A stretch of 58,761 nucleotides of DNA, filler included, from Platydemus manokwari (taxonomy: Eukaryota): assembly GCA_037951405.1 (NCBI GenBank). It is 5 parts of 5 records of this genome, joined end to end, with 100 filler letters (N's around TTAATTAATTAA, not from the genome) between each part and the next. Parts side by side here need not be neighbours in the genome. Positions count along the whole stretch, not along the records: positions 10,803 to 21,075 come from JBBMOY011150993.1; positions 21,176 to 39,009 come from JBBMOY010755536.1; 3 more parts are not named here. The stretch is one strand, 5' to 3'. The translations under genes were made by a program, and so were the position numbers. The notes under the pieces were generated by a model. It ran no database searches and was not told the DNA's origin. It worked only from the letters and a program-made list of their open reading frames with translations. Positions 12,745 to 25,468 of the stretch are shown here, in pieces; positions within the stretch are counted from its first letter, which is position 1; each line of letters begins with the position of its first letter.

Positions 12745-15700
12745 TCAAAATGCTGTATTATCGTATGCATAAGTGTTACTGAAAATAAAGAAATATCATT
12801 ATTCTCATTTTCACATACTAATCGATTATTTAAACCTACCTTTCATTTGGTTTACTCGAATATCTGATATCGGTTTGGCGAAATTCCTCACTGACTGGCC
12901 CCCAACTATCTTTTGGGGTTATGGTCTAAATATTTCGAATAAGATTGTCTTTCAGGTATAAAATATTGAGAGAATAATTGTAAGTTCATTTACAAACTCA
13001 TTAAAATAGTCAATTTCTTTATTGGCTTTGAAAACGTAATAATAAAAAGATAATTGTGTTGTTACAATCACGAATGAAAAATCGTCTGATGTAAATCTGT
13101 TAGAGTGATAAAATCTGCATTATGAAAACTATATCGATGAGAACGATAAATCAGTATAATCTTGTTGTGGTTAGAGATATGTTTATTGATCGATCCATAT
13201 GCATTCCTATCGATAAACTTATTTCTGCAGGCATTTCTATTTATCAGTATCTAATAAAACCTTGAATACATCTTCGATATTTCTTCGTGGTACGTATAAA
13301 CCAGTGGACATTTCTCGGAACTTCAGTATCTCTTGACATAGAATCTGTCACATTTTAATTTTTTGTCCAATATCAGCATGTATATACTATTTCACTAAGC
13401 GAGCCTCTAAAATCTCATTTTGTAAAAACAAAAGCTTTGAAATTTTGTTTCCAAAATGTTGGCTTCTTCCAATAAATCAAGAACATGAGTCCGGACGTTA
13501 ATGTAATAGAATGCGTTGCAAATTGTATTGTGAATTTTATCTAAATTTTCATGATGATTCTGATAAATCCCTTCTATTCGCTATAGTTGTAAAATTTCTT
13601 TACAATAAAGCCCGCTCTATTTAGCCTTTTGACATTTTGTCATGGTTGAATATATGTCTGTTTGTAATACTTCTCTATTTTTACTTCCTATAGATGTTTT
13701 TCGACAGTTACTTTATTAATTTTTTAATTATGTTATTGAATTTACCTATTATGTACTTTATATCAGGAATTTCCCACAAAAATTCAATGAAGATAAGATA
13801 AAGTAAAGTAAATTGAAACTTAAAAGTCCTGCATTTGAATTTAGACCTATTTCTCATTTTACTACAATCGAAATAAGCATTACTCGTCTTCCCTTTACTT
13901 TTAGGCATAATTTGTATTGGATTTCAAAGATTTGTTTTTAACGACCTGCATTGAAACATTGATTTCAATACTCCTCCCGTGAAAGGATCCTTATATCCTG
14001 TTCTATCACTTCTGTTCGATATTGACAATGGTTTAACAAAAATCTCCCTTGGAACTTTTACCAAATGAAGTCTTGGTTATGCTCCAATATTTGTATTTGA
14101 TGAATTTATGAAATGAAACCCAGTAAAATATTCCATGTTAAGATATTTGTGAAAACAAATCTAAGCAACCTTGATCATTCACAATCAAAAAATAAGAATA
14201 AATCCCATAGAAGTCGTATAATGTATGTAGAAGGAGAAAAAGAAAATAACACGGTGTATTACAGATATCTAGATCAAGACAAAAATACGAAAACATAATT
14301 AAAATATTTTTGAAAAGATTCCTGAAGAAAAAATCAAATTAATCAATAAATGCACGTCTTATGGGTATTTTTAAAAAACCATTTTAGCAATATGTTCATA
14401 TTGATCTATTTTTGTTCAGATTCCTCTGATCAGTTGAGTATGAAAATCAAAAGCAAGCTACAAACGAGTAATAAACCAATGAAAAGATAAAGGTTTAACA
14501 AATTCGCAAGCATTTTACGTGTATCAAATGGTGATAAATATAAAATATTAATAAATCATGGTTACACTTACAAATCCGTGAGCGATAGCGTAGTAAATGA
14601 AATATATAGGTATCGCTATGATGCTTGCCAAACTCATTAAAATACCGAGAGCTGTTCCCCATTTTGGAACAATTCTATCACCGTAGCTGGTTTCCTTGTG
14701 ATCTTTGATGCTTACGATCAATATAAACTGAAAAGTAAATAAATTAATATATATTTTTTACATCATATTAAATAAAATAATTCCTACATAATACACGGAA
14801 CAATTTTATGAGAGAAATAAACGTACATCATAATTTAATAAAGAATTCATAATTCAATGACGTTTTTTAAGTTTTGTTCGATGAAAGGACTATGAAACTG
14901 ATATATCAGTGGATTACTTCTTGAAATCCCCTATAGGTGAATTTGGAATTTGTAAGAACCCTATCAGTTTAATGCAAGCACTGGATTTATCGAATTGACA
15001 TGCAAAAACAAAATATGCAAGAATAAAAATTCTAATTGAAATTGTACTTTTTATTGGTCTAATCTTTAGTCTGGTTTAGTGTGGCTTGTCTAAGACAAGC
15101 AAAACATATATGAAATGGATTTTATGCTGGTCGAAAAGGTGTGCATGTGGAAGTTTGCTCCTCATATCAAAAGATTCCATGATTTCAAGGTAAATTAAAT
15201 CAATATAGAAATTAATCGATATTTAACAATGTTTTTAAACGAATTGTGATTGGAGATTTAACAGCCAATCTTATAAAATGTTCATTTAGTTCATCAAAAT
15301 AAGCATCCGATTAAAAATTAAAACAAAAGCCATTTGATAAAAGGTAGCTACAAAAACATATATATATTTAACTCAACTACAAAATGCTATGAAAAATAAT
15401 TGTACGGGCTTTATTATACTTGCAGAATAAATAACGACAGCGGATTTCATATGGTAAACAAACAAAATCGCATGTCAAATGAATCAAACGATTGTGTAAC
15501 GTGATTAAATCAAACAGAATGAATGGCTATCTATCCATTCCTATTAAAAGAATACAAGAATTAATAAAACGTACCAAAATAGTCAGTGGAGTGATAACTA
15601 TCCAGCATGCAATCCAATAATATCCTGGTTTGAATCCCAACATCATTTTTATGTCTTTTAAAAAGTTTTTAAAACCTGAAAAATCGATATTATTCTAACT

Positions 15701-18700
15701 AAAAATTGCTTTTTTTCATTCTTATTTATCAGTTATAATTTATACAGAAATAATACTTTAAATTTCATATTTTAGTGTATTAATTATGATAGAATTACAT
15801 CAATTGGCTCATATTGCAAAGATATTTGATAAAATTTAGGTATTTTATATTTTTTGTAGAGATCAAAATACGGTTAAAGTTAAAAATAGAGATCTTAAGA
15901 TAATTTTTTTAATTTGCTGGCTGTATTGCGAAAATCTATATAGTTTATTTAATAATATTCTTTAAAAATATTTTGAATTTTTATTTAAATTCTTAGCAAG
16001 GATTTTAGTTGTTTGAAATAAAATATTAAATAGTCTAGTGTTTAAAAATCTCCTAAAATTTGAATGTTTGATAAAATAATCAAATTAGGTCAAATTACAA
16101 TTTATTGAAAATTAGCAAAGACCACATTTTGGTTTAAGTTAAAAAACAGGATCCTTGATCCTCCAGTCGTGATAATGAATTTTAACGCATGAAATAATTT
16201 TATAACTTAACTTTATCTATAATTTCGATTTTAAATTTATTCTTATAATTCAGTTAATATCTCACTTTTTAGAATGCTTTAAAACCAAGTTCCTATTCTA
16301 ATCACAACACTTCTATATGATTATTTGAGTTTTTAAATTTATTTTAAATTATAAATCGAGTTAGTTAATTACAGACTTGTTTGATAATATCACTTATTTT
16401 TATAAAATAACTGTAAAAATTTATAGCATGTCTTAATTTGATTCTAATGTTAATAAAAGAAGTCCTTGCTAATTTTCAATAAATTGTAATTCGACCTAAT
16501 TTGATCCGTTTTCCAAATAATCAAATTTTAGGAGATTTTGAAGCTTTAGAGTATTCAATATTTGATTTCAAATAACTAAAATTCTTCTTAAGTACTTCAA
16601 TCAAAATTCAAATTGTTTTTAAAGAATTTAATTAAATAAACTATATAGATTTTTTGCAATACACTCAAATTTAAAATTTTATTTTACCAGCACTTTTCTT
16701 GACTTTAGCCAATTAGACAATCAACTTTAAACCAAAATATTGACACTGTGACATAAATTGATTAATGTTTTCCAGATGATTATTTAATTTGGTTTAAATA
16801 TAAGGAAATTTATTGATTTTCAGAGAAAATGAATGTAAAACGAGAAATAATTGGAAGAATTACCATAAACAAAATAGTTCACAGTGTTTGATTCGTTTGA
16901 AAAAAAGATTTTCAAATTTCGAATAGGACTACGTACTCTGTAAAATAATGATTAAAACCTTTCAATCACTATTATTGGAAACTCATATTACGTTAAGATT
17001 TGTAACCCTGTGTCAAAAGACATGATTTCCAACTTACTAGTAGTTGCTTTGTTGCTGTGAAATATGCTTAGCGATGAGTCTCGATGGCACATAATAGGCA
17101 ATATTATTAGACAAACATAATTTATTGATCGAATTTGCTTTTATTTATAAATAAATTTTGTGTTTGTGATTATGATTTCGATCTTATATGCTCTGTAATT
17201 TCATTGGTTAAAATGTTTGATTATGTGGTTATGCATGTGCAGATCATGAAGTTTGATTCTTTGTTTGTTTTTTGTTTGTGATTGGAGGGGATTAGCATTT
17301 AAATTTCAAGAAATAGTATTATAGAAAATATTAAGTCTCAATTTAATTTTATTTTAAAAAAATTTGATCAGTCTCGTTGGAAATCAATAATACTAAAAAG
17401 ATCATTGTCAGTTAATTACTAATACATTTACAAATTGGTCTATAATAAAATCGAGAGATAAATTTTAGGTGTATATTCCCGTTAGATTCTGAAAATTAAT
17501 ATTATCCAAAATCTCACCTTATAATTTTATGATCATTGATAAATTTAATTATTAAGATACCCCTCATAATCAAGGAACTTCATTTGGTCTTTCATTAACG
17601 ATATCGTTTGATTTCTGCCTGGATCAATTTTTTTCATATCTACCATATTTTATTGGGTTGATTTATAGATTAAATCCAAGCTCAATGATAGTCTTGAATT
17701 TACTTTGATTACGATGATTTTTTTTATATTTTTTTAAATGTCAGAGTTTTTTTTAATGTAGGGGAACAAACTAAAAAAATTAGAGTTCTTTTAATATTGA
17801 TAAAAGGCTTTTTTATCAAGTTAATGAATTAAAGAACACTTTTCCGATATTTCTGCAATTGATTCCGGAGATACTTATTGATAAATTTTTATCATATATT
17901 TCTGACATTGATCATACTAATAAAAATCAATGAGGAGACCTACCGTACATATATGAAATACCAATAATTTCTATTAATCCAACGGTTATCAATGAAAATC
18001 CTCCAGAATAGGAATCCATTAAATTGAACAAATAAATGCCTCCCTTAAATTACTGAAATTAATAATATCAGGAATGATTCAATCGTTCACCTTCGATACC
18101 AGAGGGATTCCAAGAAAAAATAATAAAATCTGACAGACAATTTTGAAAGATAGATCAATCCAACGAGTTTTCTTTAAAATGGGAAATTCATCTTGAAGTC
18201 CTGTGAAAATCGCTTCCAATCCTCCGAATTGCGAGTCGATTCCCAATGTTATTAGCATTAGAAAAAACAAAAAAGACCATAACGGAGCCACTGTCATTGT
18301 CGATAGACTTTGGGCATAAGCAACAAATGCTAAACCAGTTCCACTAGTAGTCGTGTCAGCCACTGATTTTCCCGTTTGTAATGACATGTAGCCAAGAACA
18401 GAAAATATTGCAAAACCAGCTAAGAAGCTAGTTCCACAATTGATTATTGCAACAGTCAGAGCATCTCTATTTTATGTGAATTTCAATGATATCTGTAATT
18501 CTATCATTTACATTTCGAATATCATTTCAAAAATAAATAGGAATTATCGTAATTAATGCTGACAAAACAATCTTTTGTTGTTTTAAATAATAATTAAAAT
18601 GAGCTTAAATGAAGATATAATATCTTGTTAAACGATGAAAGTTAAAAATAGAGCTGAATGATGCTAGCAGATTTTGAATTAATTGGTAGCTGGTTATTAT

Positions 18701-20538
18701 TTTAACTCTTCAAGTACCATCATCATGATTGTTATTATTATCTATAAATAATCAACAGGCCTGATCATAAATGTCAATTGTGTTAAGTGTTTTGGTGTTA
18801 AAATTTAATTAAATCTTACTCATATTTCGACGAAAAATAAGTTTTAGAAAGTACGTTATTATCAGATGATACACAATCTCACAATTCTTCAGATCGACAT
18901 ATCTGTAAAACTCGAATTTTGAAATTTATTATTGTACCATTAACATTATCTCTGTGTCAGTATTTTCTTACTAAATCATCGAGATGACTGAACATTGCAT
19001 GGCATGTTGAAATATAATATCAGAAACAACAGCACTTATTATTATTGTTGTTGATTTTTCAGGGTCAACGTTATTGAATCTATCTTATTTATTTATTGTT
19101 CTTAGCACTCTTGTACAATATCTGAGACTTATCACTACTCAGGAGTTCTAATGAGCCACAGGTTATCACAAAACCTTATATTATGTTGTTCCTTTGACTC
19201 AATAAACTTTAATCCTCGTATAGAGACGGGATGAGTGGCTCTAGATACTGGTTTTATAGTATTTTTTAACGTTAAACTGCATTATATCTATCTTGCCGTA
19301 AAAGCGATAGGATGATTTCGATGAGGATATTATTTACAGGAATGATTCGGCAACCTTATGGCACTTGCCGATTTAATATTACAATAAGTTTATGGTTCAA
19401 ATGTGCTTTTATTGTTCTAACAGCAACTACAGATATACACCTCATAAAAATTGTTCAAATACTAACATAGACTTAATAAAAATTAGGTTATAAAACTACT
19501 TGTATAAACGTAGGATATTTTATACACAATTCCAAAAAAACTCTCAAGGTGAGAAAAACCGGGTATTATTGGAGATCAAATCCTATAAATAGGAAATATA
19601 TGTGGTTTTACTATTAATTAGGGGTGATTTTATGAATATTGGATCTTACTCGATCTTCCTATGCCGTTGCTACTCTTCCAGTATGAGTACTGGGTATATA
19701 CAAATTCTCAATCCCTTATGTAAATGAATCTACTTCTGTTCCGCTGAATCGTAATACTGATATAATATATTATCGCGCTTCTTATTATGAAATAGCTATG
19801 CAGTAACTGAATTACTGTGTAATTTTCATATAGGCAGCGATGACTCATTTGTGAATGTTCTCTACTTATAATTGTTTAATGCCGTACATATATCTTTATT
19901 GCACTGGAATTTATTGCGGCAGAGAGAAATTATTTGCTGGTTTTAAACACATGGTTAATTTATTTATTTAATACATGGCTATTTATTTTAATCTGGCTGA
20001 ATATTTTATTTACTGTTCGCGATAATTGGTAATAGCAAATTTACTGCTCGATAATACATAACGGGTTATTTATTATTATAATTATTTTATGGGTATTTTT
20101 TATTATTGACGAAATTTTTAAAGGGTTTTTAAATTGTACTACTTAATAAATATTTTAAACTGATAATGCAATATTGTTTTGGATCTAATTTATATTGTAT
20201 TTAATCTATGTACACCACAAGACTTCTGAAATTGCCATACAGGAAATATCCCATATTATTTCATGCACAACACTTTTATTCATCGATACACAATTATTAT
20301 CGGTTCACTGTCTATTTACACGGTTATTTTTTAGTCCCGAATCCCGGCATTATTATTATTATTGATATTATTATTATTATTGTTATTTTTATTATTATTT
20401 CTATGATCAAAATCTTATTAAAATTTTAACTAACCGATAACAATTATTTTTAAATTTATTGTAACTGGCCATCGTCATCAGTCCACCAAATGCTACTCCC
20501 AATGAATAAAATATCTGGATGGCAGCATCTCCCCAAAC
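12745..20538 (-). CDS. SLC6 sodium:neurotransmitter/amino-acid symporter (glycine/proline transporter-like), 5'-partial
   Basis: Exons 20538-20435 ([35 protein letters not shown]), 18466-18091 (GLAFVAY...LGIDSQFG), 18043-17944 ([15 protein letters not shown]), 15675-15575, 14727-14572, 12925-12840 (TPKDSWGP) and 12778-12745 (YDNTAF*). All junctions are GT-AG and in phase; the last exon is less certain. Confidence 0.92.
15872..16125 (+). mobile_element. 5' fragment of GGCT-terminus MITE family
   Basis: Matches the first ~250 bp of the 41942 and 43560 copies (GTATTG(C/G)(A/G)AAATCTATATAG...GGTCAAA...GAAAATTA). Confidence 0.7.
16131..16710 (-). mobile_element. GGCT-terminus MITE, full copy in reverse orientation (SLC6 intron)
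   Basis: Ends GGTTTAAGTTAAAAAACAGGATCCTT ... TTCTTGACTTTAGCC. Its interior is the reverse complement of 41942-42670 and 43560-44564. Confidence 0.75.
18941..19050 (+). repeat. ~110-bp dispersed repeat abutting an (ATT)n tract (retroposon-end-like), copy 1
   Basis: ACATTAT(C/T)TCTGTGTCAGTATTTTCTTAC...GGCATG(T/C)TGA(A/G)ATAT(A/G)ATATCAGAAACAACA is shared with 20899-21005. Confidence 0.7.
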
Positions 20539-20898
20539 CTAAAAAAGCGCATATTGAATATTTGGCACTGTTAAACGTATCAGATAAAGTTAAAATTAAA
20601 ATTTCTATTTAAAACCATTTATTGTAACAATTAAGAAATTGACAGAGCTAATCATGACTTCTCATATAATGTTGATAATTATGATTGAGAAGACACGATA
20701 ATTATAAATCATATATTTTTTTTAATCCATCATTCAATAATCATTGATTGAAAAATAGTATAACACAGATATTTATTATTTATCAATTTAGTGTCATGGG
20801 AACCACGGAGTGGCAGTTTCAACAATTTTAGAGTTATCGCTAATATATTCAAGTCCATGTTTTATAAATTACTCTTTCTTTCTCAATAGGAATATATT

Positions 20899-21004
20899 GA
20901 CATTATTTCTGTGTCAGTATTTTCTTACAAAATCACAGAGACAAAATCATAGTGTACGTTGCGTGGCATGCTGAGATATGATATCAGAAACAACAACAAC
21001 AACA

Positions 21005-21075
<71 letters not shown>
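20899..21075 (+). repeat. Same dispersed repeat, copy 2, followed by (AAC)n(ATT)n microsatellite
   Basis: Direct similarity to 18941-19050. More than 20 ATT units run to the contig end. Confidence 0.75.
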
Positions 21076-21175
21076 NNNNNNNNNNNNNNNNNNNNNNNNN
21101 NNNNNNNNNNNNNNNNNNNTTAATTAATTAANNNNNNNNNNNNNNNNNNNNNNNNNNNNNNNNNNNNNNNNNNNN
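21076..21175. other. Artificial contig linker
   Basis: N44-TTAATTAATTAA-N44. Confidence 0.97.
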
Positions 21176-21412
<237 letters not shown>

Positions 21413-24400
21413 ATGTGTTTAATAAATTTTTTCTATTTAATTGTTGATTAAATTTCTAAGATTAGACTTTGTGTGTTACATATTTTTGGTGTTATTTTTT
21501 TAATATATTATGTAATATCCAAATTCAAGTTATAGGTTTTATGGAAAAAATCGATGTAATAATGAATCACTTCACCTACATACTATTAATTTTCAATACT
21601 GTATTGTTTATTCAAAAATAATTGTTAATAAATATGTGTTAATCTTCGAAATTTGTATTAGTGTAAATTTTTTAATTTTTGTCTTATTTTTAAAACCGAT
21701 CGATTTAGGATTATTTGATTATTCTCTAAATTTCGTGTTATGTTGACTACTGTTATTAAAAATTGTTTCAAAACGTAATCATTAAATAAAATTCATCAAA
21801 TTAAATTAAATAAAATAAGTCATCAATACCATCTTGATTAAAATAAATAATAAACTTTTCATTTAATGATTTTGTGTTAGACTAAAATTTTCCAAGGTTA
21901 TCTCTGTGTAACTGTATGTATTATAGTGTTCTATTTAAAGCAATTTAGTGTGGGAACGATAATATCATACAGTCATCTAATCAATGTAATGTATAACGAT
22001 TGTGTCCGAACGATTTGTTGCGAGCGTGGTATTTTTTACGATGCGTGGATGCTTAAATCGCTATAATACTAAGTTTTTTATTTAGACATGCACTTGTTTG
22101 ATTTAACTAGAGATAGTCTAGGTATATAATTATAGGTTGACAATTTGATTTTATCCTAACTATTTGGAATTGGTTACGACTAGTTTCCATTAATTCTTCA
22201 TTCCTCTATTTTCTTATTCAATTTTCTTATCCAATTTTGTGCACAGACAAGATCCTTATTTAACTGATTTTATAATTAAGGGTTGAACTCTTGTGTACAA
22301 TTTCGTGTAATATTAATAAAACTTAGTGACAACATCTATCTTTTGGAGCCAGAAAGGTAATTAGGAGAGGACGAGCAATACTGCGTTCTACGACAGGTAG
22401 ACCCAACAATATTATATCAACTATAATAACAAATGAAATAATATTGTTTATTACATAACGATCAAAATTTCATTGTCAAGTTCAAACCAAATCAATAATG
22501 TTGTTGACCAAATCCATATAATATCACTGATCAAATGTCTAATTATTATCGTATAAATATTGTCGAATGGGAATAACTGATCTTATTCTTACTTTGGCTC
22601 TCTGTCCATAGTAAATATTGGTATTTTGTAATATAATATGCTATGTGGGTGACTCAATATTTATTAACTTTGATTAAGGATTGAAATAACCTTAAAAATG
22701 AATTAATTTAGATTAACAAAATCAAAGAAAGTTTTCAACTTTATTTAATAAAAATCATTTTTAAGATTCAAAATTAACACTTAGCAAATTCTTATGAAAT
22801 AAACTACCACTAAAGCACTAATTCCGGATAAAATATTGTTGACTTATTACTAACAATTGATTAAACTCTGACTTCAAATTCAAAGGCAAATGATATATTT
22901 TCTTGTGCACTAATCAGTACACTTAATTAAAACTTGGCTTTCAGATGGTAGATATAAATATCAACTAGGAACTCGGTATCCAACTGGTAATTTTACCAAG
23001 AATGGACGCTTTTATAATGTCATCACACACAATGTTAAATCGATTCATTTAAACAAATTATTCTGGAACATTCTATTAGTTTCTATTTCTTGATTTTCTT
23101 TTATAATTTTTCATAGAATATTCATTCGAAATTTTTAATTATTTTTAAAAAGCTTATTTTATTAGGTACTCAATAATAAAGGAAAGAAAAGTATAATTAT
23201 AATTAAATAACATTAAATCTTAAATAATCGTAACAACAGGTTTTGATAAAAATTGAAATTTTCGATTGAACATGAATAATAAAACATGCAAATACATGCA
23301 TACTAAGCAAAATGTTATAATAAAGACTAACGCGACCGAGAAACATCGACAAATATAACTTAAGTTACGATAGGCTCCTTGACGAGATTAGAAGCAATTC
23401 TTTTATGAACATGAAGAGAAGGATATTGGAATTTGGCCAAATTTAAAAATAAAGTATCCGACTCAAACTTATACTTTATAGGAAGAACCAGAGCTTAACA
23501 ATACCCAGATATAAAACAGACACTAAAAATATATTTGAACAAAAACAAATTTCAAATTTTACAAAACTTTATTTGGAATATTAAAATTGTATCAAGCTGT
23601 TTTCATAAATCAATTTTTTAAAATAACAAAAAATAACTTTAACATATCTGTTTTCAAAATATAAATACGGCTAAAAATAGTAACACATATATAAACATTC
23701 TCAAAGACACAACTGAATATGATTCATACAATAGTGTATGCTCTTGAAGCCAGAATCTCTTTTTGCCTAAATTTTCATTCAATAATTCCAATTATTTAAA
23801 TATCACTTCATTTTAAATTTGAGATAACTTAATAAAATTTCAAAATAAGTCTTCATTTTTAAAAAAATTAATAAATTTTTTGATTAAAATTTCGTCCTTT
23901 AAATTTCCCTTACAATTGACAATTATTTTTAAAACGTTGCAACACTAATAAAAAGCATTTGTGATTATCTGTGAAATTTTACAAGCATTTTCAAAGAAAA
24001 TTTATTACCAATATTGGTTAATTATTTATCTTATTACTAATCACCGAACCACGTTCAATTTTTTATCATGTGATCTTTAAACTTGAATAAAACGTTCCAT
24101 TTATTGTTTCCATTTTCTTTTTTATTGAGAGGCTTGTACAGGCAAATAAGTTATCTGAAATGTGATATTGCGAAACAGAAATGTTATTGAATTTCAAAAG
24201 TTGGTTTTAAAAGCAAATATTTCAATGCTAAGTTGATGACCTTCAAAACCAGACTGATGTAAATAAATAATCTTTAAATAATTGATTATATTCAATGCTG
24301 TAAAACTAAGCAAAATTAATCCGAAATATGTTTGCATCAAAATAAGACATTACCTTTATTGCAATGGTTATATGCATATGTCGATTAATAAAACTAAGTA

Positions 24401-24458
24401 GAATATTTTTAATATTTAATAAACCACAGTTTTTATAAATCACTGATGATTTATGAAT

Positions 24459-24832
24459 TCAGATAAGACTGAAAACTGCGGCCGAGCACGCTGCCACACA
24501 TGCACCTTGGGCAACAGAACAAGCGCCCTGAGTAAATGTCCCTTAATAAATAATTGAAACATTAAAATTTAGAGATAATTTATAAAAATATTTTTTAAAG
24601 AATATTTGTTGTGAAATAATTTATTTTCCAACTCAAATAAATAGTTTAACAAATCAATAATAAGTTTTAGAAATGAATTACCTGCAATGACACCCAAATG
24701 AATGCAACATTTCACGTACCCAATGTTACAAGCGCTTATACATGGAGTAAAAGGGATCATACCAACGAGTACGCAATTGATTTTGCTTATCAAGCAAACG
24801 ATCATAAAAAGTGATAAAAGTAATTTTAACAT
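24459..24832 (-). CDS. Small secreted cysteine-rich protein, 77 aa, two exons
   Basis: Exons 24832-24682 and 24541-24459 with a phase-1 GT-AG intron give MLKLLLSLFMIVCLISKINCVLVGMIPFTPCISACNIGYVKCCIHLGVIAGTFTQGACSVAQGACVAACSAAVFSLI*. The N-terminus is signal-peptide-like, exon 2 is GC-elevated, and TATAAAA lies ~40 nt upstream of the ATG. Confidence 0.82.
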
Positions 24833-25468
24833 TTTTTACTAATGATAGATCACCGGAAATCAACACATTTTATAGTCTGACTTCGTATTTCCAAACCATC
24901 TAATTTAGATTTGACAAAAATCTATAAATAGATTTGGTTTTCCAAAAATAATGACAAATGGAATTTGATTTGAAAAATAACCAAGAAATGTAAAATGGAA
25001 ATCAAATATCAAAAACAATAATTTTAATATGATAAATTGACCAATTCCATAATATTAATAATTACTAAAAAATAATAGTGATAATAATTATAATTAATTT
25101 TTAAATTGGTTTATTATCAGTCATTTCAATTGGGTTCATATTAATCGTACTGAAAAAATAAAAATATATTTTACATTGTAGTGTTATTTCGGCAAGGTTA
25201 TTATTTAAGTGTTTTTCATCAAAGCCAGAAAACAGCATCGTTATTCGTTTAAAAGCAAGAAAAGCTCTGTCTATTGGGTGCAGTCAGGTGTTTCGTCTTT
25301 TTGTGAAGACTCGAAAACTAATTTGTGCACTTTTCTTTGGTGTCTTTCAACTGGTTTTTAATTTTTTCTTGTAATAAAATTCTTCAAAGTATTAAAGATG
25401 TAATTAAAAGTTAAAAATAACCACAAACATTTATTAAAACCAAATACTGATCACCGTACATTATGATT

